A DNA stretch of 64,000 bases, taken from assembly GCA_963708025.1 (NCBI GenBank), contig CAVPSB010000032.1, positions 1 to 64,000 of the forward strand. Direction: 5' to 3'. This document shows, one piece after another, positions 52,750 through 62,665 of this stretch (position 1 is the first letter of the stretch; each line of letters begins with the position of its first letter). The DNA comes from an uncultured Candidatus Rokubacteria bacterium (GTDB lineage: Bacteria > Methylomirabilota > Methylomirabilia > Rokubacteriales > DASRDR01). The notes below the pieces were generated by a model. The model was not told where the DNA came from and made no database searches. It saw only the letters and a program-made list of their open reading frames with translations. A program made the position numbers and the translations under genes.

Positions 52750-54369
52750 TCAAAGTTCCCAGGGGGGATCGATGGCCAGGGGCAGCTCGACGACCGTCGG
52801 CCCGGGGTGGGCCAGGGCCTTGGCCAGGGCCGGGCCGAGCTGGTCCAGGTCGTCGGCGCGCTGGCCGGTGGCGCCAAAGGCCCGGGCCAGGGCCGGGAAG
52901 TCGGGGTTGGCCAGGTCCGCCTCGCCCCATCGGCCGAAGATCGCCTCCTGGAGGTACTTGATCGCGCCGTACCGCTGGTCGTTCACCACCAGGAAGACGA
53001 CCGGCAGCGCGTACTTCACGGCGGTGGCCAGCTCGTTCACCGAGTAGAGGAAGCCGCCGTCCCCGACGACGGCGACCACCGGGCGGTCGGGCTGGGCCAC
53101 CCGGGCCCCGATGGCGGCCGGGACGCCGTAGCCGAGCGTGGCCGACCCGACCGGGTAGAGGAACGTCCGCGGCGCCAGGACCGGGAAGTGCCACTCCATC
53201 CAGTAGTTGATCCCGGTCTGGTCGCTCACCACGATGGTGTCGGCGGGGAGCGACTCGCGGAGGATCCGGAGGAGCCGGTCGATCGTCGCCGTGTAGCGCG
53301 GACCCCGCGCGACGCGCTGGGCCGCGAGCCGGCTCCAGTCCCACTCGGCCGTCGCCGGGCCGGGGCCCAGGACGGCGAGAAGGCCGGCCAGCCCGTCCCG
53401 GGCGTCCCCCACGATGCCGAGGGTCGCGGGGACGATCTTCCCGATCACGGTCGGGTCCAGGTCCAGGTGGATCAGGGACTGATCCGACCGGAACTGGAGG
53501 TTCAGGAGGAGCCCCCGGGTCGAGCGGTGGGCGAAGCGGCAGCCCACCGCCAAAACGACGTCGGCCGCCTCCAGGGCGGGCTGGCAGGCGCGCCGGTCGG
53601 GCAGCACGCCGAGCCAGCGGGGATGGGTCTCGGCCAAACCGCCCCGGCCCATCACGGTGGTGATGACCGGCGCCCCGAGTCGCTCCGCGAGCGCGGCCAG
53701 CTCCGCCCCCGCCTCGGCCGCCACCACGCCGCCGCCGGCGACGATGAGCGGGCGGCGGGCGCGGCGCAGGTACCGCTCGGCGGCGGTCTCGAGCAGGCTC
53801 ACGTCGCAGGGCGGCCGGCGGCCCTGGCCGGGTGGCGTGAGCTGTGCCTCGACGCGCGCGGTCAGGAGGTCGGTCGGGATGGAGAGCGCGATGGGACCGG
53901 GGCGACCCGTCCGGAAGAGGTGGAAGGCGCCCTGCACCGCGCCCGGGATGTCGCGCCCGGCCCCGAGCGTCTCCGCCCACCGGCAGACCGGCCGCAGGCA
54001 GTCGATCTGGTTCGGCACCTCGTGGAGCGCGCCGACCCCCTGGCCGATCAGGGCGGCCGGGATGTCGGAGGCGATCAGCAGCACGGGCTGGGAGCTCGCG
54101 TACGCCTCGACGAGCGGCGTCAGCGCGTAGGTGGCTCCGGGGCCGGTGGTGACCAGCACGACGCCCGGCCGGCCCGACGCGCGGGCGTAGCCGTCGGCCA
54201 TGAACCCCGCACCCGCCTCGTGGCGGGCCAGGATGTGCCGGATGTCGGTCTGGCCGAGGAGGGCGTCATAGATCGCGAGGTTGTGGACGCCGGGGATGCC
54301 GAAGGCATGGCGCACGCCTTCGGCACGCAGCGCCTCGACGACCCACTCGCCGCCGGTCCGCGTCACCAT
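52750..54369 (-). CDS. Thiamine pyrophosphate-binding enzyme (acetolactate synthase-like)
   Basis: FGIPGVHN, RHE, TGPG, GDGG...VND. Confidence 0.92.
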   Translation of the reverse strand: MVTRTGGEWVVEALRAEGVRHAFGIPGVHNLAIYDALLGQTDIRHILARHEAGAGFMADGYARASGRPGVVLVTTGPGATYALTPLVEAYASSQPVLLIASDIPAALIGQGVGALHEVPNQIDCLRPVCRWAETLGAGRDIPGAVQGAFHLFRTGRPGPIALSIPTDLLTARVEAQLTPPGQGRRPPCDVSLLETAAERYLRRARRPLIVAGGGVVAAEAGAELAALAERLGAPVITTVMGRGGLAETHPRWLGVLPDRRACQPALEAADVVLAVGCRFAHRSTRGLLLNLQFRSDQSLIHLDLDPTVIGKIVPATLGIVGDARDGLAGLLAVLGPGPATAEWDWSRLAAQRVARGPRYTATIDRLLRILRESLPADTIVVSDQTGINYWMEWHFPVLAPRTFLYPVGSATLGYGVPAAIGARVAQPDRPVVAVVGDGGFLYSVNELATAVKYALPVVFLVVNDQRYGAIKYLQEAIFGRWGEADLANPDFPALARAFGATGQRADDLDQLGPALAKALAHPGPTVVELPLAIDPPWEL

Positions 54370-54412
54370 GACCGCACCATCCGGAACGCCGGGCCTGCTC
54401 CGGGCCGAGAAT

Positions 54413-54566
54413 AGGGAGTCGCCGACCGCAGGCGTACTCCTGGTACGCCGAGGATCGGCAACGACCGAGGACGACCATAGGCTGGGACGGACGCCCCCAG
54501 GCCAAAGGCCGTCCGATCGCCGCAGGCTGAGCGCGTCACGGCCGAGATGAAGGTCGCGAAGGTCAT
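54413..54566 (-). repeat. Repeat family B, copy 3 (with an embedded family A motif)
   Basis: Reverse-strand match; contains GGCCAAAGGCCGTCCGATCG near 54500. Confidence 0.8.
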
Positions 54567-54946
54567 CGGCACGGCGCCTCCAGGACCCGGTCGAGCCGGA
54601 GCACCAGCTCCAGCAGGACCCGCGTCCCGGCCGCCAGGTCGGCCGGCTCCGTCCACTCCTCCGGGCAGTGGCTGCAACCCTCGCGGCACGGCACGAAGAG
54701 CATGCCGATCGGGCCGAGGGTCGCCACGTGGTTCGCGTCGTGGCTGGCCCCGCTGATGACGCGGCGGTGCGCCACGCCGACCGCCTCCGCCGCCGTGGCC
54801 GCCTGCTCCACCATGTCCGGTCCGATCTCGAGCGGCGCGTCGCGCATCAGGGGGACCACCTCCACGGCGACGCCGCGCCGGGCCGCCACCTCGGCCGCCG
54901 CCGCCTCGAACCGGTCCACGGTCTCGACCACGGCCACGGCGATCAA
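54563..54946 (-). pseudogene. C-terminal fragment of an M20 hydantoinase/allantoate amidohydrolase
   Basis: SGASHDA, MLFVP, GCSHCPEE; N-terminal two-thirds missing. Confidence 0.75.
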
Positions 54947-55926
54947 TCGGGCCGGGGGGGAGCTGCGCGCTCCTCCCCCGGACCCCCCCTCCGAGTGTCT
55001 CCTCGTTCAGGAATGCCCGGCGATTGCCTCGCCGCTTCTCCATCGCGCAGGACGGCGTCGGCCAGGCGGCCCGCCACGTCCTGGAGGGCGCGGCCCGTGA
55101 GGCTGTCCGCGTAATCGAGGACGAAGGGCCGGCCGCGATCGGCCCCGATCGCCAGGCGGGGGTCGAACGGCACCCGGCCGAGGAACGGGATCCCCAGCTC
55201 GGCGGCCGTGCGCTCCCCGCCGGGTCCGGCGTAGAGGGCCCCCATGGCCCCGCATTCGAGGCAGACGTAGGAGGCCATGTTCTCCACGAGCCCCAGCAGC
55301 CGGGCGTGCGCCTCGCGGGCCAGCGTGATCGACTTCTTCACGACCAGGTGGGAGACCTCGGAGGGAATCGTGACGACGACCGCGCCGGTGAGGTCGGGCA
55401 GCAGCCCGGCCACCGTCGGCAGCCGGTCGGCCCCGGGCGGGAGGTCGAGCAGCAGGAGGTCGAGCTCGCCCCACTCCGTGTCGGCCAGGAACTCGCGCAG
55501 CGCGTTCGCCTCCATCGTGCCGCGCCAGGTGTGAGCCTCCTCCTGGGTGGGCGCCGCCCAGACCACCGGTGTCTCGTCGGACGGGAGGAGGAGGTCCATC
55601 GAGAGGACACGGATCCCGCCGGCGGAGCGCGCCGGGGCGACGCCGGCCTCGCCGAGCCGGAGGGCCTGGCCGCGGACCCCGAGCATCTTGGCGATGGACG
55701 GCCCGTTGAGGTCGGCGTCCAGCACCCCCACCGCGTAGCCCTCGGCCGCCAGCGCCGCCGCCAGGTTCGCGGTGATCGAGCTCTTCCCCACCCCGCCCTT
55801 GCCGGAGACGACCGCGACCTTTCGGCGGATCCCGGCCATCCGCTGTCGCAGCCGCGCCTGCTGCTCGGCGATCTGGCCGACGATGTTCGATCCGCCATCG
55901 CCCGCGATGTCCTTGTAGCGCTTCAC
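54943..55926 (-). CDS. Mrp/NBP35 (ApbC) Fe-S carrier ATPase
   Basis: SGKGGVGKS, DADLNGPS, DLPPG, ENMASYVCLEC. Confidence 0.92.
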   Translation of the reverse strand: MKRYKDIAGDGGSNIVGQIAEQQARLRQRMAGIRRKVAVVSGKGGVGKSSITANLAAALAAEGYAVGVLDADLNGPSIAKMLGVRGQALRLGEAGVAPARSAGGIRVLSMDLLLPSDETPVVWAAPTQEEAHTWRGTMEANALREFLADTEWGELDLLLLDLPPGADRLPTVAGLLPDLTGAVVVTIPSEVSHLVVKKSITLAREAHARLLGLVENMASYVCLECGAMGALYAGPGGERTAAELGIPFLGRVPFDPRLAIGADRGRPFVLDYADSLTGRALQDVAGRLADAVLRDGEAARQSPGIPERGDTRRGGPGEERAAPPRPD

Positions 55927-56123
55927 TCTGGCTTCTTTCGATCAAGCCCTGCAGATCCAGGACCTGCTCGCAGGGGAATGGATTCCTTGGCGGACGGCGA
56001 CTTGAGTCCTCGCCTGACGATGCCGCGAACGATGTGCGCGGGGTCGGCTTCCGGGTGGCTGCGCTCGATCTTACGCACCCCACGGCGCCCACCCGTCATC
56101 TTCATGCGCCTGCTAGCTTTCAC
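55923..56123 (-). pseudogene. Possible degenerate BrnA-like antitoxin
   Basis: IVRRGLK...KESIPLR-AGPG resembles a BrnA core with the RHH helix deleted. Confidence 0.4.
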
Positions 56124-56144
56124 GGTCGTGCCCGAGCGACGATC

Positions 56145-56654
56145 CTAGTGACTGTGGAGCCATTCTAGAACGCGCTCGGGGAACACGCCACGGCGCTGCT
56201 CCTCGGCCAGAAGATGGTCCAGCCCCGGGTCAAGCACGAAGCGGGGTGGAGTCGTCGGGCCGGTCAGCTGCAACGTTCCCGGGAGCCCCAGCGTTGGAGG
56301 ATACCCCTTGATGGTGTTGGCGACCCTGGCGGGAAACGGGGGCTCGGTGCCCTGGCGCGGATCGTCCCAGAGCTCAACAACTCGGTTCATGGTCGCCTCG
56401 TTAACCTCGACCCAGAGGCCCCAGCAACAGGCCTCGCGCTTCCCTCGCACCGGAATGGGAAGAAGAGCTCGCAGGAAGAACTGGCGGTGTGTGTCCGCCG
56501 CGTTGTGCACGATGCAGTCATCTGAGCCGGCAATCGTGCGATGGGCCCGCTCCTCGGGCGGCACAGCCAGATAGGCATCGGGCTTGCCGTATGTCGGCTC
56601 GAGCTCCGTCCAGTCGTGTTCGGCACCACAATTGGCGCAACGAAGTGGGGGCAC
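56145..56654 (-). CDS. DUF2199 domain protein
   Basis: CANCGAEH, DDC, FFLRALLPIP, WGLWV, HLLAEEQRRG; lower GC than flanks. Confidence 0.82.
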   Translation of the reverse strand: MPPLRCANCGAEHDWTELEPTYGKPDAYLAVPPEERAHRTIAGSDDCIVHNAADTHRQFFLRALLPIPVRGKREACCWGLWVEVNEATMNRVVELWDDPRQGTEPPFPARVANTIKGYPPTLGLPGTLQLTGPTTPPRFVLDPGLDHLLAEEQRRGVFPERVLEWLHSH

Positions 56655-56704
56655 AGAGGTGTCTCCTGCCGTGCGCGGCTAGCGCCGAGAGTCTTCAGCG
56701 ATCA

Positions 56705-57709
56705 TTACGGGCCGGGCCCCTGGTCGGTCGTGTCGAGCGGGGCGGCGGCCGGGTCCTTGAGGTAGGTGCGGAAGCGCTGCATGAGATCGGGGCCGAGGAG
56801 GTCGCCGGAGGCGCCGTGGCGCTCGGTCTCGAAGTAGTGACGGATCGTGTCGAGCCGAGCCTGGGCCTCGGGATTGAGGCTGACCAGACGGATCCGGTCC
56901 TTGGCGGCGTCGAAGGCGTCGAAGGTCAGCTCGGTGAAGCCGAGCTCGCGGATCCGCCGGACGGCCTTCATCATCGCCTGGTTCCGGAACCGGGTCAGGA
57001 GCGGGGAGGTGATGACGGCCGCGCCCATTCGCCGCGCCCGGCGCTCGGCCGCCTTCCGGATCCCTTCCCGGACGAACTCGGGCGCGGTCTGGAGCCGCGC
57101 CCAGGCCTCGGGCGCCCACTCGACGGGCTCCTCGCCGCCGGTCGCCCACAGCTGCCGGAACACCTCGGGCGTGATCGTGGCCTCGCCGTGCCGCCGCGCC
57201 TCCACCTCGACGTCCCGCTTGAACAGCCGGAGGACGAAGTCGGCCATCATCGCCGGGGTCTTGCCGAGCCGCGCGACGAGGAGCGCCTCGGCCTCGTCCG
57301 TCCACGGCAGCGGCTCGGCCGCCCCCTCGATCTCGGCCAGCGCCTCGGCCTCCCGGATCAGCGTGGCGGTGACCCGCGGCGCGCGCTGCTCGGCGGCCAG
57401 CTCCTCGCAGATCCGGCGGGTCATCGGCCGCATGAACTCGGGGACGCCGGCCAGGAGCGCCTCGGCCTCCGCCGTCCACGGGGTGGCGGCCGCCGGGACG
57501 ATATAGGCGCCGCTGGCGGCGACGCCCATCATCTCCTGCTTGTACCGCGTCATCACCTCGGGGGTGATGACGGCGATCCCCTCGGCGCGCGCGCGCTTCT
57601 CGGCGAGGCGGCGGACCATGCCCCGGAGGAATACCGGCGCCCGCTGGAGTCGCGCCTCGGCCTCCGGGGTCCACGTCACCTCGCCGGGACCGGGCGCCGG
57701 CGCCGTCAC
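56705..57709 (-). CDS. Protein of four tandem PCP_red-like domains
   Basis: WTPEAEARL..P.F.R, WTAEAEALL, WTDEAEALL, WAPEAWARL repeats each followed by an IT/VT motif. Confidence 0.8.
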   Translation of the reverse strand: MTAPAPGPGEVTWTPEAEARLQRAPVFLRGMVRRLAEKRARAEGIAVITPEVMTRYKQEMMGVAASGAYIVPAAATPWTAEAEALLAGVPEFMRPMTRRICEELAAEQRAPRVTATLIREAEALAEIEGAAEPLPWTDEAEALLVARLGKTPAMMADFVLRLFKRDVEVEARRHGEATITPEVFRQLWATGGEEPVEWAPEAWARLQTAPEFVREGIRKAAERRARRMGAAVITSPLLTRFRNQAMMKAVRRIRELGFTELTFDAFDAAKDRIRLVSLNPEAQARLDTIRHYFETERHGASGDLLGPDLMQRFRTYLKDPAAAPLDTTDQGPGP

Positions 57710-58131
57710 GGATCGCGGCTCCAGGCGGCGCGGGCCAGGAGGATGGCGATCGCCAGCGTCATCAGCGAGAACGCCCAGGCCCCGAACCGGACCGGAAAGC
57801 CGAAGCCCGCCAGCGAGATCAGCTCCGGCTTCGGCCCGCGCCAGGCGATCCGAGCGACCTCGAGCGCCCGCCAGGCGAGGACCAGGGTGAGGATCCGGGC
57901 GAAGTCGCGCCGCGACAGCACCCAGCGATCGAACCACGGACGCTCGCGCCAGAGGAGCCACGGGATCACGAACACCAGAGCGCCCGACGCGACCAGGAGC
58001 AGCGCCACCACCCAGGCCGGCGGCCGGGGTCCCGCCCCCGCGGCCCGGAGGGCCAGCCCACCGAGCCAGTAGACGGTCCCGTACGCCGCGTAGCCCCCGG
58101 CGGCCTGGCGGAACTTCTCGTCGCGGTTCAT
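57706..58131 (-). CDS. Hypothetical membrane protein (4 TM)
   Basis: ATGA overlap with radical SAM stop; hydrophobic segments. Confidence 0.7.
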   Translation of the reverse strand: MNRDEKFRQAAGGYAAYGTVYWLGGLALRAAGAGPRPPAWVVALLLVASGALVFVIPWLLWRERPWFDRWVLSRRDFARILTLVLAWRALEVARIAWRGPKPELISLAGFGFPVRFGAWAFSLMTLAIAILLARAAWSRDP

Positions 58132-59478
58132 CCGCGGCGCGGCGTGAAGGGCCGCTCGGGGTTGATGCCCCAGCGGCTCCGCACCTCGGCCATGAGGGCC
58201 GGGGTGATCGTCGGCCTGGCCCTGGCTCCGCGCGTACGCCTCCACCGCCTGCACCACCATGCCGCGCGCGAACGCCGGGATCGCGTCGAGTCGCGCCCGG
58301 GCCATCGGCTCCCAGGCCAGCGTCGTTCCGACCTCGAGGCCGAACGTCTGATCAGCGGGCAGGTCCAGCACCTCGGTCCCGTACCGGCCGGGCTCGTAGG
58401 CGCACGCCGGATCCTCGGCCAGGTAGTCGCCGAAGGTCGCGTAGGCCCGGCACCGGCAGCCCCCGCAGATCCGCTGGAACTCGCAGGCGCCGCAGCGTCC
58501 ACCGAGCTTCGGCTCCCGGAGGTCGCTGAACACCTGGCCCCGCTCCCACAGTTCGCCGAAGCCGACCTGCCGGAGGTTGCCGGCCGAAACCGGCATGTAG
58601 GGGCACGGCGTCACGTCGCCCTCGGGGGTGATCCGGCAGTAGTACTTCCCCGCCGGGCAGGAGCCGTGGGCGTAGTTGGCGAGGAGCGGCGAGTCGGGGT
58701 CGAGCTGGTACAGGATCCGGCGGAAGTGGGGGGCGCACTTGGCCCGGATCAGGAGGCCGCCGGCGCGTCCGGCCGGCACGCTCCAGGGATCCTCGAGGCC
58801 GTCGACCACCGACGGCCGCGCCGGGGCGCCGTCCCCGCCCACACCCTGGACGCGCGCCAGGTAGGTCAGGATCTCCTCGTACCGGTCGGGCGTGATGTCG
58901 GTGAGCGCCTCGCCCCGTCCGGTCCGGACCAGGAAGAAGAAGTTCAGGACCCGGGCCCCGAGCTCCCGGGCGAGGTCGATCATCGCCGGGATCTCACCCA
59001 CGTTCCAGTCGGTCACGCTCATGTGAAGCGAGAAGTCGAGCCCCTCGGCCCGGAGCGCCTCGGTCGCCCGGACGGCGCCCTGCCAGGCTCCCGGCAGGTG
59101 GCGGAAGCGGTCGTGGCGGGCCGGGTCGGTGGAGTCCAGGCTGAGGGAGGCACCCTGGACGCCGTGCTCGCGGAGGAGGCGCGCCTGCTTCTCGCGGAGG
59201 AGGACGCCGTTGGTGCCGACCACCACCGTGAAGCCGTGGTCCCGGCCGTGGGCGGCCAGGTCGTAGATGTCCCGGCGGATCAGCGGCTCGCCGCCGGTCA
59301 GGATGAGGAAGACGTTGGGGTTGACCCGGGCGATGTCCGCCATGACGCGGCGGCACTCCTCGGTGGACAGCTCGCCGGCCGCGTCCGCGTCCGGCGCCGC
59401 GCTCATGTAGCAGTGCGCGCAGAACAGGTTGCAGCGCCGGGTCAGGTTCCAGGAGACCGCGTAGGCCTTGTAGGACAC
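58128..59478 (-). CDS. Radical SAM/SPASM protein (AhbC/D-NirJ-like) with C-terminal PCP_red domain (frameshift ~58215)
   Basis: WNLTRRCNLFCAHCY, TGGEP, KCAPH, CPAG, PCPY, CGAC...CGGCRCRA. Confidence 0.88.
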
Positions 59479-59484
59479 TCGATC

Positions 59485-59580
59485 CTCCCCTCTCCTTTGC
59501 GGGCGGAGAGGGTCAGGGGAGGGGCTCGGCCAACGGCGGAGCCCTCACCCTTGCGCCCTCTCCCTAGGCGGGAGAGGGAG
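59485..59580. repeat. REP-like doublet CCCTCTCC...GGAGAGGG (family D)
   Basis: Two hairpins here; a relative at 31268-31298. Confidence 0.65.
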
Positions 59581-61480
59581 TCGCGCCCTTCTTGTCGCGG
59601 ATGTAGCCGGCGATCACCTCATTCATCGTCGCGCGGGCGTGACCGATCCCCTCCTCGCAGACCGCCAGGTCGATCACGCCGAGCTGCTTCTCACGGGCGA
59701 CCTTCTCGATCGCCTCCCGCGTCAGGTCGCGCATGAAGCCGGCCGGCACCCGGTTGAGCCGCGCCACCGCGTCCTCGGTCCAGGTGAACTCGCCGGAGGG
59801 GGTCGCCACCTCCGCGAAGCTCGCCGGCTCGAACCGGGTGTTGGCGATGAGCGTGTCCCAGCCGGCGCCGAGCTTGTCCCGGCCGACGGTCTCCTCGATC
59901 AGCGGGAACGCCAGCTCCTTGGTGATGACCGGGATCTTCCGGGACCGGGCGTACTTCTCGATGCGCGCCTTGGCCCGCCGCCGCAGGTAGGCGTCCGTCA
60001 CCTCCCGGAGCCCCTCCCGGGCCTCGTTGGCCCACCGCACCGCGACCCCGGGCATCACCTCTTCCTCGGCCACGCCGCCCTCGGCCGTCGCGATCTGCTC
60101 GACGATCTGCCGGTCGATGATCGAGAACTTCTCGGGCCCGCCGCCGCAGACCGGACACTTCACCACCGGGTTCGGCCCCTTGACGGTGTACCCGCAGACC
60201 GAGCAGATCGCGGAGACCGCCGCCTCCTCGGCCCGGAGCTGGGCCACCGCCAGATCCTCGGCCAGGATCTGCATCTTCTCCGCCATCCGGCTCGGCATGA
60301 AGATCGCCATGGCCTCGTCGATGACCTTGGAGGTGATCACGGTGTGGCCCTGCTCGATGGCGTACCGGAGGAGGGCGGTGCGGGCGACTCCCGCCACCTG
60401 CTCGGGCACCCGCTTCATCCGCTCCTTCGCCTCGTCGGTCCAGGAGATGATCTCCTCGGCCTTGACGTCCAGCGGCGGGTAGAACTTCCCGGCAGTGAGG
60501 AGGACGTTGCACGGGGCCAGCCGCAGGAGGTTCTCGGTGTTCGAGCCCAGGTCCGTCTCGTTCTCGTCGGAGTGGACGCCCACCCGGCCGAGGATGAGGA
60601 GCCAGGGGTGCTCCTTCCGGCAGAACTGGAGGATCTTCTCGAAGCACTTCCCGTCGAGCAGCGTGATCGCCATGTCGACGCCGTCCTCGCGGGCGAGCTT
60701 CCGGCCAATCTCGAGGTGCGACTGGTAGATCTTGGCCAGCCCGGTGTCGATGATCTCCTCGTGGAGCTGCTCCTGCTCCTTGAAGCGGAAGACCTTCGAC
60801 GCCTTCTCGGAGAGGACGCCCACGATCCCGTTGAACATCGCGTAGTGGAGGTAGGGGTCGTAGACGGCCACCGCGTGGAGCGGCCGGCCGAGCGCCCGGG
60901 CCAGCGCGATGCCGAGCTTGAGGCCCTGGAACGACTGGGGACTCCCGTCCAGGCCCACCACGATGGCGCCCTGCTGGGCCTCGAGCGGCTCCAGGCTCCG
61001 GACCACCAGGGTGTCCACGGGCACCCGGCGGACGAAGCGCTCGGTGACCGAGCCGAGCTGGCTGTCCTTCACCGCCCCCAGTCCCAGCGCGCCGATGATC
61101 ACCAGGTCGGCGTCGCCGCCGCGGACGTCGTCGATCAGCGCCTTGTAGTGCTTGCCGTCCATCATCCGCCGCTCGAAGGCCAGCCCGGCCGCCTCGGACT
61201 TCCGCGCCATGACGTCGAGGTAGGAGTCGGAGATGAGCTGGAGGCCCATGGCGATGAGCGAGTCGTGGATCTTCCGCTGGCGCTCCAGCTCGGTCTCGTC
61301 CTTGTACTCGTCGGGCAGCGTGTACTCCATCTGCTTGAAGCGGTAGTCGTGAAGCCGCGCCGCGTAGACGTGGCAGCCGACCAGCGCGGAGCCGGAGGCC
61401 CGCCCGATCTCCACGGCCAGGTCGATGGCACGGTTCGAGTAGTCGGAGTTGTCGACGGGCACGTAGATCTTCCGGAACAT
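59564..61480 (-). CDS. Tandem USP domains + rubredoxin-like CxxC pair + three PCP_red domains
   Basis: KIYVPVDNS, LGSVTE, VGLDGS, LGSNTE; CSVC...CPVC; WTDEAK, WANEAR, WTEDAV. Confidence 0.85.
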   Translation of the reverse strand: MFRKIYVPVDNSDYSNRAIDLAVEIGRASGSALVGCHVYAARLHDYRFKQMEYTLPDEYKDETELERQRKIHDSLIAMGLQLISDSYLDVMARKSEAAGLAFERRMMDGKHYKALIDDVRGGDADLVIIGALGLGAVKDSQLGSVTERFVRRVPVDTLVVRSLEPLEAQQGAIVVGLDGSPQSFQGLKLGIALARALGRPLHAVAVYDPYLHYAMFNGIVGVLSEKASKVFRFKEQEQLHEEIIDTGLAKIYQSHLEIGRKLAREDGVDMAITLLDGKCFEKILQFCRKEHPWLLILGRVGVHSDENETDLGSNTENLLRLAPCNVLLTAGKFYPPLDVKAEEIISWTDEAKERMKRVPEQVAGVARTALLRYAIEQGHTVITSKVIDEAMAIFMPSRMAEKMQILAEDLAVAQLRAEEAAVSAICSVCGYTVKGPNPVVKCPVCGGGPEKFSIIDRQIVEQIATAEGGVAEEEVMPGVAVRWANEAREGLREVTDAYLRRRAKARIEKYARSRKIPVITKELAFPLIEETVGRDKLGAGWDTLIANTRFEPASFAEVATPSGEFTWTEDAVARLNRVPAGFMRDLTREAIEKVAREKQLGVIDLAVCEEGIGHARATMNEVIAGYIRDKKGATPSPA

Positions 61481-61496
61481 GAGCGCCTCCCGGCGG

Positions 61497-62252
61497 TTAC
61501 TTGAGCTCAAAGTCCAGCGTCGCCTCGCCCTTCGGTGGGATCGTGATCTCCTGGGTCAGCAGTCGCGGCGGGTCGTGGAGGGGGCGACCATCCTTGTCCT
61601 TGCCCGTCACCACCCAGCCCTCGTGCCAGGCCACCACCCGGTAGCGGCCGGGCGGGATCTCGCCGATCCGGAACCGACCCTCGTCGTCGGTGACGGCGAA
61701 GTAGGGGTTGTCGCGCACGACGATCCAGGCCCGCATGTGGGTGTGGGCGTCGCACTGGACGTCGATCACCCCCGGCTTCTTGATCCGCTGGGTGATGTCC
61801 ACCACCTGGTCCTTGTTCGGGAGCGCCACGTTGAACACGGTGACCCGGTCGAGGAAGCCGTGGGTGTTGTGCAGGATCGGGTCGCCGTTCTTGATCCGGA
61901 CCCGGGCGCCGGCCATCACCGCCGACACGTGGGGCACGAAGAGGCACTTGGCGTTGTCCAGCTCGAAGTCGGCCGGCTTCTTGCCCCGCTCCACACCCTC
62001 CAGGTAGACCACCGTGTTCCGCACGCCCTTGTTCGGCCCGACCACCAGGGCCTGGAAGGGCTTGGTGTCCCCGCAGACGTCGGTGTTCTTCCGGACCGGA
62101 AGGGGCTCCCCCTTGACCGACTCGCCGGCGAATCGCACGCGCCCCACCAGCGCGCCGCCATCGGCCACCGGCGCCTCGACGTAGGCCCCGGCCGGAACCG
62201 GCGTGATGGCCGCGAGCCAGACCGCGGTGACGACGAGCGACCGGAGCTTCAC
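61497..62252 (-). CDS. Secreted carboxypeptidase-regulatory/cupredoxin-like protein
   Basis: Signal peptide; CLFVPH, NGDPILHNTH, CDAHTHM, PPGRY...WHE. Confidence 0.8.
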   Translation of the reverse strand: MKLRSLVVTAVWLAAITPVPAGAYVEAPVADGGALVGRVRFAGESVKGEPLPVRKNTDVCGDTKPFQALVVGPNKGVRNTVVYLEGVERGKKPADFELDNAKCLFVPHVSAVMAGARVRIKNGDPILHNTHGFLDRVTVFNVALPNKDQVVDITQRIKKPGVIDVQCDAHTHMRAWIVVRDNPYFAVTDDEGRFRIGEIPPGRYRVVAWHEGWVVTGKDKDGRPLHDPPRLLTQEITIPPKGEATLDFELK

Positions 62253-62638
62253 CCGACTTCGTCCCTTCCGGGCCCCGGCCGAGTGTCGACCGGATCCACC
62301 AGGTAGTCGAGGCTGAGCCAGAGGCTCTTGCTGTAGCGGAAGAACCACAGGGGGAACGTGACGGCGAAGGTGCCCCACACGAGGAGCTGGAGGCCGACCG
62401 AGAGGCCCAGCGCCGCATCGAGCGCGAAGTACCCGGCGATCGAGATCAGCGTGGTCGCTCCGTAATTCAGGTAGATCGCCCCGACGAAGTAGCCGGGCTC
62501 GCGCTCGAAGACGAGCCCGCAGGCCGGACAGCGCTCGTGCATCCGGAACGGCCCGGCGAACACCGCCCCCGCCCCGCAGCGGGGGCAGAGGAGACGGAGC
62601 CCGCGCCCCATGACCCGCCGCAGCCGAGCCCAGCCCAC
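62249..62638 (-). CDS. DUF983 domain protein
   Basis: CPRCG...CPACG, EPGYFVGA, 2 TM. Confidence 0.85.
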   Translation of the reverse strand: MGWARLRRVMGRGLRLLCPRCGAGAVFAGPFRMHERCPACGLVFEREPGYFVGAIYLNYGATTLISIAGYFALDAALGLSVGLQLLVWGTFAVTFPLWFFRYSKSLWLSLDYLVDPVDTRPGPGRDEVG

Positions 62639-62665
62639 GTCCCCGTCACGTCGCGCCGGGACCCG

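Noticed and set aside
57706-59478. 590-aa radical SAM-membrane fusion
   Set aside because: Artefact of the frameshift near 58215. The corrected rSAM ends at 58128 and overlaps the ATG of a separate membrane gene.
58128-59478. Radical SAM/SPASM as a RiPP maturase for the 17-aa peptides
   Set aside because: It lies 52 kb away, has Ahb/NirJ-like motifs and sits in an oxidase operon.
56705-61480. Photosynthesis (DPOR) genes
   Set aside because: Only the small PCP_red-like domain is present; no BchN/BchB/BchL catalytic domains.
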